Source of the DNA: Octopus sinensis
Lineage: Eukaryota
NCBI RefSeq assembly: GCF_006345805.1
Contig: NC_043002.1
Span: 14,074,001-14,138,000 of the forward strand
Reading direction: 5' to 3'
DNA length: 64,000 nucleotides
Position numbers and translations under genes: made by a program. Below, piece by piece: positions 41,996 through 54,975 of this stretch (its first letter is position 1; each line of letters begins with the position of its first letter). The notes below the pieces were generated by a model. It did no database searches. It had not been told where the DNA came from and was given only the letters and a program-made list of their open reading frames with translations.

Positions 41996-42300
41996 TATTT
42001 TGCAGGAGTTATATTACTTCAGCACAAGGTCAGAATTCAGTAACACGAGCGTGAATGAACTGAGTTTCTATTATATATGTAACTCCTAATACATGGATGC
42101 CTTTTCCTTTCGTTTGTACGCTTATTCGTGTATATATATATATATATATATAAGTAGTTGAATGAATTATCCTAGTATGGGTAATTCGGTTAACCGATAC
42201 CCGGGTAGCAAATTCACGTCAGAAAACACGGTTGAAGCTACTGCCAAGGGCAGAGATCACGTGCTTTCGTGTGGAAATTTGTGTGTTTTTTTTACTATAA

Positions 42301-42674
42301 ATAAATGAAAGAATGGAGTCGAACGACGATTTAATATGCAGTTTCGAAGACTGCATATTCCTAATTTCGAAGGAATAAGGGGTGCATTATGCCGCCTTCT
42401 CATCAGGAAGGACAAGGAACTTATGTCAGCATCATGATGAACAAAAACTTTTAGATGACTGCCCACACGGAGTCCATAGTGATAATGAACTCCGTGTGGG
42501 CAGTCATCTAAAAGTTTTTGTTCATCATGATGCTGACATAAGTTCCTTGTATTTCCTGATGAGAAGGCGGCATAATGCACCCCTTATTCCTTCGAAATTA
42601 GGAATATGCAGTCTTCGAAACATATGTCGAGAATAAAGGAATTTTGTTAAAGCGTCGTTCGACTCCATTCTTTC

Positions 42675-42680
<6 letters not shown>
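42301..42680. repeat. 380-bp palindrome (7-nt loop at 42478-42484) carrying mirror hammerhead cores
   Basis: 42341-42477 versus 42485-42621 differ at about 3 positions; the outer 35 bp also pair; the supplied ORF track gives nearly the same peptide on both strands. Confidence 0.95.
42543..42641 (+). ncRNA. Type I hammerhead ribozyme with palindromic stem III (ACAUAUGU) and GUC cleavage site after 42628
   Basis: UUCCUUGUAUUUC-CUGAUGA-GAAGGCGGCAUA...UAUGCAGUCUUC-GAA-ACAUAUGU-C^GAGAAUAAAGGAA; all core nucleotides present; 11 of 12 stem II positions pair. Confidence 0.88.
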
Positions 42681-42768
<88 letters not shown>

Positions 42769-42811
42769 ATAATATATATATATATTATATATATATATAT
42801 ATATATCTTTC

Positions 42812-43206
42812 TCTCTCTTTTACTTGTTTCAGTCATTTGACAGCGGCTATGCTGGAGCACCGCCTTTAGTCGAGCACATCGACCCGAGACTTGTTCTTTG
42901 TAAGCCCAGTACTTATTCTATCGGTCTCTTTTGCCAAACCGTTAAGTGACGGGGACGTAAACACACCAGCATCGGTTGTCAAGCAATGCTAGGGGGACCA
43001 TCACAGAGACACAAACACATGCACACATATATATATATACATATATACGACAGGCTTCTTTCAGTTCCCGTCTACCATAATCCACTCACAAGGCATTAGT
43101 CGGCCCGGGTCTATAGCAGAAGACACTTGCCCAAGATGCCACGCAGTGGGACTGAACTCGGAACCATGTGGTTGGTTAGCAAGCTACTTACCACACAGCC
43201 ACTCCT
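42812..43206 (-). mobile_element. SINE family A
   Basis: Full-length copy. Confidence 0.93.
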
Positions 43207-43227
43207 ATATATATATATATATAATAT

Positions 43228-43368
43228 GTACGGATGTTTTCAGTGTCGACTACGAAGTCCATTCATAAGGCTTTGGTCGCCGCAAGGTGCTGCGTAATGG
43301 AACAGAACCTAGGTCCACGTGGTTGCAAAGCAAAATTCTCACCTGAAAGCTACGCCTACGCCTATGCT
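43228..43368 (-). mobile_element. Degenerate SINE family A 5' half
   Basis: ccattcataaggctttggtc...gctacgcctacgcc. Confidence 0.55.
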
Positions 43369-44148
43369 AAAACATCATTTTCTATTTGCTTTTGATTCAT
43401 CAGAGATTACTATTTTCAGGATTAGATTTTTTTTCCGGGATTAGATTTTTTTCCTCATTTTAAAACTGGGGCTTGTTTTCTTTCGGTGATTCGCCAGTGA
43501 TTGCTTTTCTATTCTCGTCGGTGATCAGAATAACGAGGTTATGATGCTAGCTATGTTAATACCCTCGGGTTTGTTTCTAAACTAATATACTCCAAATTCA
43601 GTTTTGTTTCAGCCTAGAGTGAATGGTCATCATTCAATTAATTTCTGTATTACATATAGCTATAAATATATATTTATAGTATATCATTCATTGTTTAGTT
43701 TTATGTGTCATATAAAGTATAGCACACATGTGATAAAAAGTAATATCTGCCATTCAAATTTTGTTTTATTATTTGTCATATATTGCTATGTGAATGGCTA
43801 CTGTAAATATATCATGAGTCAGTATGAAATGTTTGTACATGTATGGCCGATCTGAGTTTTAGAATTATGAATGTTTCAACTTCCATGGTTACCTATATAT
43901 TTCAGATAATGTTTCTTATCGGAAGTTTGTTCAATGGATGCAGACATGTTTATGACTTAGCGATTTCATAGCAAAATATTAGTTTTTGATTTGACAATAA
44001 CAGTGGTCGCGACGCAAAATACCTAGCGAAAGCAAATATAGCGTACATTAGATGCATTAACTCAAGCAAATCCAAACCACATTACAGGAAAGATGAACAA
44101 GTTCCTCCAAATAAGTCACAAAGCGGAAGAATAGTTGTAACTCATATT

Positions 44149-44182
<34 letters not shown>

Positions 44183-44241
44183 TCTATCTATCCATATTTG
44201 TATATATACACATAGCAATAGTAATAAATTATTTAGCATGC

Positions 44242-44294
<53 letters not shown>

Positions 44295-44371
44295 AATATG
44301 CACATATATATATACATATACATACATACATAGATATGCATATTCATACATACATATATATATATATATAT

Positions 44372-44402
<31 letters not shown>

Positions 44403-44451
44403 GTATGAATATGCATATATATGAATGTATGTATATATAAATATACACACG

Positions 44452-44610
44452 ATTGGTTTCTTTCAGTTTCTGTCTATTAAATCCACTCACATGGCCTTGG
44501 TTGGCCTGAGTCTATAGTAGACGACACGTGTCCAAAGTGCCATCCAGTGGGACTGAACCCGTAACCAAGTGGTTGGGAAGCAGCTTCTTAACGCACAACC
44601 ACTCCTGCCC
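44452..44610 (-). mobile_element. SINE family A 5' half
   Basis: tttcagtttctgtctattaaatccactcac...caaccactcctgccc. Confidence 0.8.
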
Positions 44611-44670
44611 ACATCTGTAATGTAAATTATCTACGAATTCACTGGTGTCAGCATATTAATGACATATACA

Positions 44671-44719
<49 letters not shown>

Positions 44720-45488
44720 TATAACAAATAATTTATGTTACTGATGCAGTAAAGTACACTAACATACCAGCGATTTATGTACCTAATTATATATATCTAG
44801 GTATATATATTATTATATATGACTTTTGTAAAATATTGCATCTCATTCTCTCTCTCTCTCTCTCTCTCTCCCTCTTTCTCTCCCTGCAAACACAAACATG
44901 TACGTACGAAAGTGTTGACCGCACTTTTACTGTTTCACAGACATGTACGCATGTACAATCCTCAAGAAACACATAAAAATACATGTAAGATGCTAGTATC
45001 GCAGTGGGTTGTAGTGTTTTAAAGAGACAGAAATTACAGCATAGCGTTAAATACAGTGAGATAGCATCTACTAAAATCTGATTTTGTGCAAGTTAAATAT
45101 TCTGTTCGCATTCCGCATCAGATTAATCGAAAACTGCTTATATAAACAACCGGTTTGGTTTAGTAACATTGTACTGGATAAAAAATGGTGAAAAATACAT
45201 CATTATCAGCATATATATAGGCGGATATCTGTTCCTATTCCGAAAGAAAATCCTCTACTGACCTCTATAGCGAACCCATAAATATTCAAAACTGTGAAAA
45301 CGTGTCGATGATTATTCGAATAGTTTGCTAGTGTTCATTCAATTTAAGGTTTCTTTCGCAGATGCCCAACAGAGGTCAGATGTAGGTTATCTTTTATCAT
45401 ATATTATGTCAGCGCACACACGCTGTCATGTATGTATGTATATGTACGTAAACGTGTATGTACATACACAGACACACACACAGAGACA

Positions 45489-45536
<48 letters not shown>

Positions 45537-46499
45537 TAGATAGATAACGAGACACATAAATAAACATATATAAGTATGTATATATATATATATATATAAG
45601 CGTATGGAGGATTATGTTTACAGTTATGATTCTCATGCTTATGCCCTGATATTCTTATGTAAATGTATAATATGGAATCCTGTCTTTCGTTTTATCTCCT
45701 TATGTATACAAAATTGTAGGTGTTCTTGTATTTCACTATTCTACATGTACATACGGCCGTACAAATTGATACACACATACACTCGTCTATAAATGTCTAT
45801 AAATGTGTGTGCGTGTGTTTGTATAACACTGAATGGTTGAACAACTGCATTTCTATAATTACCGTTAGGAAAATATTTATATTTTATATAAAATTCATAA
45901 GTTACAAGCTAATTTCTAATTATGATAATAATGATAATATACATACGTACATAAATTTTTACTCACATATATGTGTCTACCTGTACATATATGTATATAT
46001 GTGTATGAATAGTAGCACTACTGTAGACTAGACTTTCTGATATTGTAAATCATTTCCGTAGCTCCCGAATTATTCCACTCCGTTTTCCAGGCGCTCAAGT
46101 CTGAATGGCATAGGGCTATAGAAAAACCTTACTCAAGGTGTTACGCAGTGGGATCGAACCCGAAACCACATGGTTGGAACGTGATGTGATAACTAGACAG
46201 CCATGGGCATTCATTCCATTACAATATATGGTTCTATGAATTTCTGCTTAAAATATACGTACTTGAATTCACAGAAACTAGAGACTAGTACAGTTCTACA
46301 ACTATGCCTCTATACTGAACCCTGGTACGTCGCAATGTTTTCCATTCACAGCTGATTGGGCTGAAGCAGCGTGCAATAAAGTGACTTCCTCACAAATACA
46401 ACGACTTCCCCTGTTCGTGAATCGAAAAATTACTTTTGCAACACCCTAGCCATCTGGCCACTCGTTTTTATGAAGACACATTCATATACCTATATATAG

Positions 46500-46702
46500 T
46501 ATGTGACCTCGTGAATACCACCGGCGATTTTTTTCCTCTGTCCTCCCGTCTCGGGATCTTTCCTTCTCCTATGTTTCCGACGAAGAGCTCCGCTCGAAAC
46601 GTCAAACCCTCCTTCTTCCCTTCTTTCCTGAGCGTCCAATAATACTTTATTTGTTCCACATCCTTGCGTTGTTGTCTTTTTGTTTTCTTGTTTGGATTAA
46701 TT
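46500..46702 (+). mobile_element. Repeat family P1 copy
   Basis: Homologous to the reverse complement of 35995-36210. Confidence 0.8.
46573..46607 (+). ncRNA. Minimal hammerhead motif (U4C variant, extra A after A9, 4-nt palindromic stem III)
   Basis: GUUU-CCGACGA-A-GAGC UCC GCUC-GAA-ACGU-C^AAAC. Confidence 0.6.
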
Positions 46703-46736
<34 letters not shown>

Positions 46737-47560
46737 CTGGGTCATCCCATAAGTAATGCGTTTCCTTAATACTTTTACTTTTCAAAATTAAAATAAACAA
46801 ATTTTCTTTATAATCAAAAATATACTCTCCTTCGCTTTCTACAATGTTCTTCCATATAACTGGTAGACTTGCAAGGGGTTGCTTCCAAAATTCACTTGTC
46901 CGTGACGACAAATATTCCTCCAGTATTGTTGGGATATCGTCTACAAACTTCGTACTTTTCTCCGTCCAAATGATTTTGAAGACTGCGGAATAAATGATAA
47001 TTAGATGGAGCAATGTCCGGAAAATATGGTGGGTGGGACATCGTTTCCTATTCAAACTGCTCCAGCCTTTGGAATGTCATCCTTGCGGTATGTAGCAGAG
47101 CATTATCCTGATGGAAGAATACCTTTCATCTTGAAACCAAAGAGGGTCGTTTTTCTTCTCGTGCTGACTTAAGCAGCTCAAGTTACTCACAGTAGAACTC
47201 CTTTGTTATCATTTAGTTTGCGTTTAAAAGTTCAAAGTGGACCAAACCTTTCATATCCCGCCGAACTGATAATAACACCTTACATGGGTGAAGACCTTTT
47301 TTTTAGCTTGGTGTGCAGGTGTTTCTCCTTTTCCTACCCACTGTCTTCGGCGCTTGACATCTTTATAGAGGACCCATTTCTCGTCTCCAGTCACTATTCT
47401 GTCCAAAATGTGCTCATTCGTGACACACGACAGCAAAGAAGAGCACACGTTCATTCTCACTCTCTACGCGTGATTAGACACAGAAAGTTTGTGAGGAACA
47501 CATTGACCCAATTTATTGAATTTCCGATCACACGCAGGTATCATTGAATGACCGAATGAA
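46737..47560 (-). mobile_element. Decayed mariner relic
   Basis: ILDRIVTGDEKWVLY..VKRRRQWV..GE; terminal ctgggtcatcccataagtaatgcg after TA. Confidence 0.85.
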
Positions 47561-47564
47561 CGTA

Positions 47565-47800
47565 TTTTCGATGTTGTTGTTGTTGTTATTATTATTATCA
47601 TTATCATTCTTCTTCTTGTTCTTCTTCTTCTTCTTCTTCTTATTCACTGCCTGGAATCGAACTCGAAATCTTGGAGTTAGTAGCCCGCCCTCTTAACCAC
47701 TACGCCATATGCCCGTGGGCTAGAAGGTATATCAGCCCAAACGGTGTGTTAACAACAAACAAGATGAGGACAAATATCCGTCAAATATAAATAATGTCAC
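47565..47800. mobile_element. tRNA-like SINE head (minus, 47645-47714) fused back-to-back with a Penelope-like tail fragment (plus, 47717-47797)
   Basis: A-box TGGCGTAGTGG, B-box GAGTTCGATTCC; adjoining GGGCT...AGCCC-AAACG hairpin. Confidence 0.65.
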
Positions 47801-48159
47801 TAATGTAGATAAGCAGAAATGTCTATATAATTGGATGCAAACAAAGTTGTCGGTTTTATCTCAGAGTTTTCCTTTTCATGCAATGATATTTAAACGAAGA
47901 TTGGGTGTCTCCCATACCCAGCAGTTGGATGGCCACTGACTGTATTGAATTCAGCCATCATTTGACAGGCCTTGATTTTCCTCCTGCAGGTTGTCCGACG
48001 ATATACCACTAGCCATGAATTGCCGGGTTAGTCGCAAACAGCTCGACTATGTGACTTGTACACAGTCTCACATACACATACACCACTGAAACACACATAC
48101 ATACGATCACTTACATGTGTATACATACATGTGCGTATATCTCTGTGTCTGTTTGTTTC

Positions 48160-48190
<31 letters not shown>

Positions 48191-48683
48191 TGTGTGTGTG
48201 TGTGTGTGTGTGTGCGTGTGTGTGTGTGTGTGTTCTAATCTAAAATATATGGACTTCATCATGAAATTAATATATGATGTATGGAAAAGAAAAGAAAACA
48301 TCAACAGTCTCCTCTGCCGGCAACCCCGTATACGAATACGTTCAAGTATGAGAATATTCAGTCATAATACGAATCTTTCCTTGTCTCTCGTACTGACTCG
48401 CACATATTTATACATACATAGCCATACGCAAACATACACATAAAAATATTCAACCATATAACTAACATGTATAGATTTCTTACGACAATGCACGATGTAA
48501 TGTATATTAGATTTTCTTCCCAATTTTCCTTTTAATATATTAAATTACAAGAATTAATGTATTATAAAAGAAATACGCTGATTCAATAATGGCGATTCTA
48601 AATCTTATTTAAAATTATGTAAAATTATGTAAATAGAGGAATTTATCTGTAAATATAATATGTGACAACTATTCGGTAGTCAT

Positions 48684-48745
48684 GATAAAACTCCGAGTTT
48701 CGGATAGCGAGGCGGAAATCCACGCTGCCATGTCTTCAGTTATCC
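48684..48745 (-). ncRNA. Degenerate type I hammerhead
   Basis: GAUAA-CUGAAGA-CAUGGC...GCUAUCC-GAA-ACUCGGAGU-U^UUAUC; stems I and III intact, 10.1-11.1 pair broken. Confidence 0.6.
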
Positions 48746-48775
48746 GGCCATCGGAAATGTATATATATATATAAA

Positions 48776-48865
<90 letters not shown>

Positions 48866-48899
48866 CACGCATGTCGGCTGATAGATTCATAGACTGACG

Positions 48900-49830
48900 A
48901 AGATACTCTCATGGAATATCACCAAATGAGATAAATTTCTCGGCATAATCCCTCTTGCGGTTCATGCACTTCTTCCTTCAGTGTTACATTACTTGGATCC
49001 CGCTGATGAAAAGTCTTTCAATTTCTTTATCAAAAAGATATCAAGAGTAGACGTAACGATATCATTAGTACGATTCTGCCTCCCAACGAATCGTTTTATC
49101 ATGTTGGGAAGCAAAAATAGTCAGCATCAAATCAAGAGATTAAAGATGCGATGAACCAGTTGAAAATCTTAGTCACAAACAGCAGCCACTGAAAACAACG
49201 ATATGTGTACTGGAGCATTATCCTCATGAAACAATACCTCTTTCGTCAGATTTGATGGGCATTTTGCTTCTGTCTCAGCAAATTGGCGTAGTACAACATA
49301 TTGATGGTGTGGCCTGTTGAAGATAGACAAGAAGCCTAATGTCCTTTGCATTCCCAAAACGGAGGCCATCACGCTCTCAAAAGATGAAGCGACTTCGATC
49401 ATCTGTGGAACAAATGGAAAGGAAGCCAGTTGGATCTGCCAAAAACAATATCAGATTTTTCCGTGATTTGATCAGCCGGGTACACTTTTGATCATGAGTC
49501 AGAAGATCTGGCGCCCACAGAACAGAAACTTTTGTCATGCCAATATAATTGTGCAGAAGATTCTCAACTCTCTCATGGGTAATCTAATAACATTAGTTGT
49601 TATATTTATAGTTAATCGCCTTTCATCCATTACAGCGTGGTGAACACGAGCGATGTTTTCTTCGGTGGTGGCATTTGCAGGATGTCCATACCTAGTGGAA
49701 ATTTTCAAGACTCTCCCTTCCTCTCGAAAATTCAGATGTCTACATTTTCATTGTTGGTAAAGCCGGAGAGACGTCCCCTAATGTAGGAACCATATCAGCA
49801 TGAATATCGTTGGGGACTAAACTATTTTTC
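48900..49830 (-). mobile_element. Very old mariner relic
   Basis: VLFHEDNAPVH motif in ORF 49169-49402. Confidence 0.65.
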
Positions 49831-51226
49831 TATAGGTTCTTGGTAACATTACAATGCCTGGTCATATTTGAAGAATTATTTGAACAGTTTACCTAACAGA
49901 AGTAATGCAGTCCTTAATGTGAATATATGAAATTAATACACGCAAGATTTCAAAGCTCTGGTAATATTTCTTCATAGTCAGCCTATGGAATTTGTATATA
50001 CATATTTACAGTCTCTTGAGTTTGGCAGACAATCGTGGGTTCACGCATTAATTTCGTCGTTGTTCATTCTCCCGTATTGTTCTCTAACATGGTCTAAATA
50101 CTAGACATGTATTAACGTCAATTATTTTCCTCTCTCTCCCTCATTCACTCTCTCTGAATATGGGTAGGGACGTCTTTGACTTTCATCGCAATCAGCTATG
50201 ATGTGCCACAAATAGGCTTATTGTTCTTTCCAGAAATAGAAAGTCATTGGTTGTGTGATAGCAACCTTATACTTGCACTGGATCTCTCCAGTCAAGAATC
50301 GGTCTGCAAGATCTAAAACACCAAGAGGATGTCATTCCCTACGAAGATCTGGGATTAAGTCATCCGGCAGTGAAGTTTATATTTAAACAATTGCCTGGCT
50401 GGCGAAAATTCTGTCTTGCATCACAGTTCTCTCATGATGATTCACCTTTCAATTTGCAGCCGATCTTTAGGATGTCTAGCCAAAAGCAACTTCACCATCA
50501 TTGGAGCGTTATCTTAACATGCTTTTCGATTAAATATTGGTTCTGTGAGCATTATTTCTCAGGAGAAAGCCTCCGCATTCATTTCCCTCTTGGAGACTAT
50601 CCTCATATTTTACGCCTAAGGCGATCACATCCAGGCGTTGCTTCTTCACTCGAATAGTCTACTCGTTCCATATATATACACGCCATGTTTATCTCCTTCA
50701 AATAAATACGATTAAAACCACTGTCCTTAACACTGCACCCTGTGACATACATCTATGCTCACCAAACGCTTTAATCTCCCATTTAATCTCCCATTTTCCA
50801 ACAAGGTAGAGCCGCATTAACTAAGTCTATCACACTACACATCGCTGGTCTTTCGATGCATAGAAGCTAACCCAGAACAATTTTGTACTTCCTGACTAGA
50901 GGTGAACAGAAATCTATTATTTCGTATGATTTCGGTATGATTGCAGAGTTTTCTAAACTTCTCAATTTAGTATTATTAATTTCCTTCTTTCTAAATTATA
51001 TACGCTCAATTTACAACGACATGCAGATTTGGCATTATATAATACAATTGTATATATTTTTATAGGGCTGTAGAATAGAGGAAAGTAGATCATCTGTTCA
51101 TGTATCTACAGGATTCTGGATACGTTTAGGAAATCTTTATCACTTACAGGATTCCTTACTGTGAGATCTCCTTATCTGAATACAATTTTCTACTTTACTT
51201 ATTTTGTGGGATTATATATATATATA

Positions 51227-51746
51227 CCGTACATCCTCGAATATAATCCGCATTTTCCCCCCAAAATTTAAAGGTCAAAATCCCTAGTGCGTACTATATA
51301 CGAAGTTAAGAAGGAAATATATTTTCTAAGCAATGTCCGAATCTCTATTTGCTGTCCAGCAACGTTTATACAGACGCCTTTTGCGATGTCGGGCGCGACA
51401 ATACCTTAAGCTAAGCCTGAAAGCAATGAAGTCATAAAAGAATAATCCATAACTTGCAGTAAGCAACATTTATTAAAATAAAACTATTCAGAACACAGAA
51501 TAACATGTAACAAAAACAACTTACAAACATATTTACATTCTCATACAACAGTTAAGAACATCATCATTATTGTATTACACATGCACGGAGGTTTCTGTTC
51601 GACTAGGTGCTGCTGGCATAATTACGCACGATTCAAGTTAGAGAAGGGGTGCGTATTATACATAAGGTTTAGGTTTTTCAGCGCTACAGAACCCAAACTT
51701 AACCTGCGTATTATACTCAAGGTCGGACTATACTCGAGGATTTACC

Positions 51747-51747
<1 letters not shown>
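51227..51747. mobile_element. pogo/Tigger-like MITE, second copy
   Basis: TIR ccgtacatcctcgaatata...tatactcgaggatttacc; colinear with 21472-21993. Confidence 0.85.
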
Positions 51748-51793
<46 letters not shown>

Positions 51794-51948
51794 TACTCTA
51801 CCACTGGTATTTGAGTACTCTTTTTTCCACCTTGTTTCACATTTATGTGTTTACTCCGGTATATATATATATATATGCATACTCGCGCACACATATACAT
51901 ATATATGTCATGTGTGTATATCTATGTATCTATCTATCTATTTGTTTA

Positions 51949-51985
<37 letters not shown>

Positions 51986-52277
51986 AAATATATATATATA
52001 TATATTGGTGAATTGAAGAAATGTAGCTGAACGAAGATTGAACAGAAATCGTTTTATTTCATTCTACATATATATATATGTATGTATAATAGAACATTAA
52101 TAACAGAAACGTAAAATAAGCTATCGTATTAGTGTATGTAGAATCACTACGAAGCGGCGCTAAACTGAAATGTATATACTTGCATGCGTAAATGCATACG
52201 CACATGCGTGCATACAGCCATCTATAATATATATACACATATATACATACACACACAACATAGATATATATGTATAC

Positions 52278-52348
<71 letters not shown>

Positions 52349-52743
52349 ATATATATACACATATATACGTATGTATTGGAATATGCTGGTTATGTAGAAC
52401 TTCCGTTTCTCACATAAATATCTGAACATCTGTATCATTGGCAGCTGTACTCGACTGCTGTGATGTTAAAACAAACACGAATGAATAACATTAAGAAATT
52501 TCTATTGATACAGCATAGGAATATATATTAATATGTAGGAATCTATATCAATATGATGAAATATCAGTAGAAATATGAAATTTAATTAGTAATTCCATTG
52601 TATTCAAAATTTTTATTCTTGTTATTTAATTGGAGATATGGGAAAATTAAAATTAGATATTACATAAAAATCTAATTAAAGATATCATATAATTTGAAAT
52701 AGTGTTATTTAATTATGGCATAATGTTTAATATGATTAAAAAA

Positions 52744-52802
<59 letters not shown>

Positions 52803-53044
52803 GCATTATAATAATCTAATTTTCAGCTCGGGTATTAAATTACAGTTAGTAACACTGCGCAGGAATTATTGAATGATTAAGAAGATAACTTTGTAATTAC
52901 TTGATGCTGGGTTCAATAACATTCCGGTTACATACCATAATGTAGAATGTTGATGAGTTGTATTCCATCGTCGCTTCGTTTTGAAGTACCGTGCCACTGA
53001 ATGAAATCTGCCCCAACTCATGTTTTATCAGTATTATATGTTGT

Positions 53045-53785
53045 CAGTTGTCGCTGAATGGGGGCCTGGGCATGCCGTGGTTGCTGATCCGCAGATATGC
53101 GATCAATCTGTGGCATCTCCAGTGTTTCCTTCACGGTGCGTAGGTGTGGTTGCCGTTTGTCAGATTCGCTCTTCCACAGATCGTCTCATTGACTGAGCTA
53201 CAATCCTGGATTAGGCTTAGATCGAGGAGGGACACTTGGCACCTCGAGTGCCGCGAAGCTCTCACAATCCTCCTCCAGGCGGGCAAGGAAGTCGGTGAGA
53301 ATTCCACTCAAGCGTTCTGTAAAGGGTTAGTGGAGGAAACTAGTGACGACATTCTTAGGGAAAAACTGGGCGTCGACGATGATCAACTGAACGGTCTGTT
53401 CCTGAAGACTTTCGGGCCGGGGCCTATGGATAACTTCCAGTAGTCCCTGGCCTGGTAATGCTACCGGGAGGCGATGTCTTTTCGGGATAATCTTCACAGG
53501 CACGGAAGTGCCTTCAGCCGAGCCTGCTTGAGGTGTGTGAATGGAGCCATTTGGTCACGCGCCTGTGATAAATAGAAGAAGGGCCCTTTGTGGGTTTTTC
53601 ACGAGTAGCATTAAAGCACCTCTCCCTATTGGGATTTTTACTTGTTTAATCTTTTCTGTTGTTCACTCTATACACGAACTTCAAAACCCGTTGTGTCGTC
53701 CGGTGTTTGTCTTTTAATATTATTGTATGTCATTTTATGTTGAATTTTATTGGCCCCTTAGGCCCATAAAATAATGAATTATTAT
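53045..53785 (+). mobile_element. L1/Tx1-clade retrotransposon 3' remnant
   Basis: GC-rich; RDNLHRHGSAFSRACLRC, the run-up to the Tx1 cysteine-rich motif, followed by a T-rich 3' UTR. Confidence 0.7.
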
Positions 53786-54489
53786 CTGCTGTCAGTCGTC
53801 CCGAGTATGACTTTTCGGGGCTTTGTCATGACTTCGTAAGCTTTCTCTATACAAATCCATTTTTCACTTGCGTTGTGTGTGAGTGTGTGTGTGTGTGTGC
53901 GGGTGTGAGTGTGTGAAGTATGTGTTTGTAAAGAAATATACTGATCTTCTGTATATATTACTCCCCTCGATTAATATATTTCTTATAGAATCTAAATAAA
54001 GAAAAGGCTAACTTGACCCAGGAATGTTTGATCTCAGGACTGAAACAATTACAGTTAATAAAACTAGGCACTCTATCCACCGTTCTGGCGATTCTGTCAA
54101 TAGATTGACTCTTTCGCTATTTCTTTCTCGTATACTTTCACATGCATGCACGCCTCCGTATACGAGAAATAATAGGAGGTTCACTCCATTTGAACTGGAA
54201 TTAATGCACAAATACAACGTAACAGTGGTCTGTGAGACATTCTTTAATTTCATGTTTCTTTTATGTTTTAGCTGTTACATTTTTCAGGCTTACTTATTAC
54301 AGCCATGCTTGAGTACAACCTTCAGAGATCCAGTGGAACAAATTGACTTCACTACTTTAGAATCTCGTACTAATTTCATCATTTCCATTTAATGAACCTC
54401 TAATCTACAAGGACTTAAACAAACATCGGTACTGAAGCGGTGAATGGAGAAGACACAAAGATACTCACACATACGTATGTGTGTGCAGC

Positions 54490-54661
54490 CACTACACACA
54501 TTTGTTCTCTCCTTGTTTCTCTCTTTGTTTTCTGTGTCCCTTTCTGTTGAAGAGCGTAGGCTCGAAACGTAAAAGACATTTTCACCTTCCCGAGCGTTAT
54601 ACTAATACATATGTTTGTTTTGTACACCACCCGTCTTCGTCTTTTTTTTTTCGTAAACTCT

Positions 54662-54668
<7 letters not shown>
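54490..54668 (+). mobile_element. Repeat family P3 with a hammerhead motif carrying an A6U change (54540-54575)
   Basis: CUUU-CUGUUGA-A-GAGC GUAG GCUC-GAA-ACGU-A^AAAG; the 3' part is homologous to the reverse complement of 16405-16510. Confidence 0.7.
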
Positions 54669-54743
<75 letters not shown>

Positions 54744-54975
54744 TTCTTATAATAAAGGATAAAACTTTGAAAAAAACTTGTCAGTGGCCAGCATATAAAA
54801 ATAGACCTATGAAGGTGAAATCATGTATATAATTATAAGAAAGGACATAGAAGAAATACTAGCCTATATGCTGAAAATAGATGCTAAAACGTCCAACCAC
54901 ATTAAAAACTTCAGAAAGTTACACACGTGTTGTAATCGAGGGAGCTTGCAAACGGATATTAATAAGAATATAGAT

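Noticed and set aside
42257-42636. Twin ORFs MHYAAFSSG...
   Set aside because: Produced by the palindrome; the RNA structure explains the sequence better than coding does.
50150-50680. Possible old LINE remnant
   Set aside because: Only vague similarity; no diagnostic motif readable.
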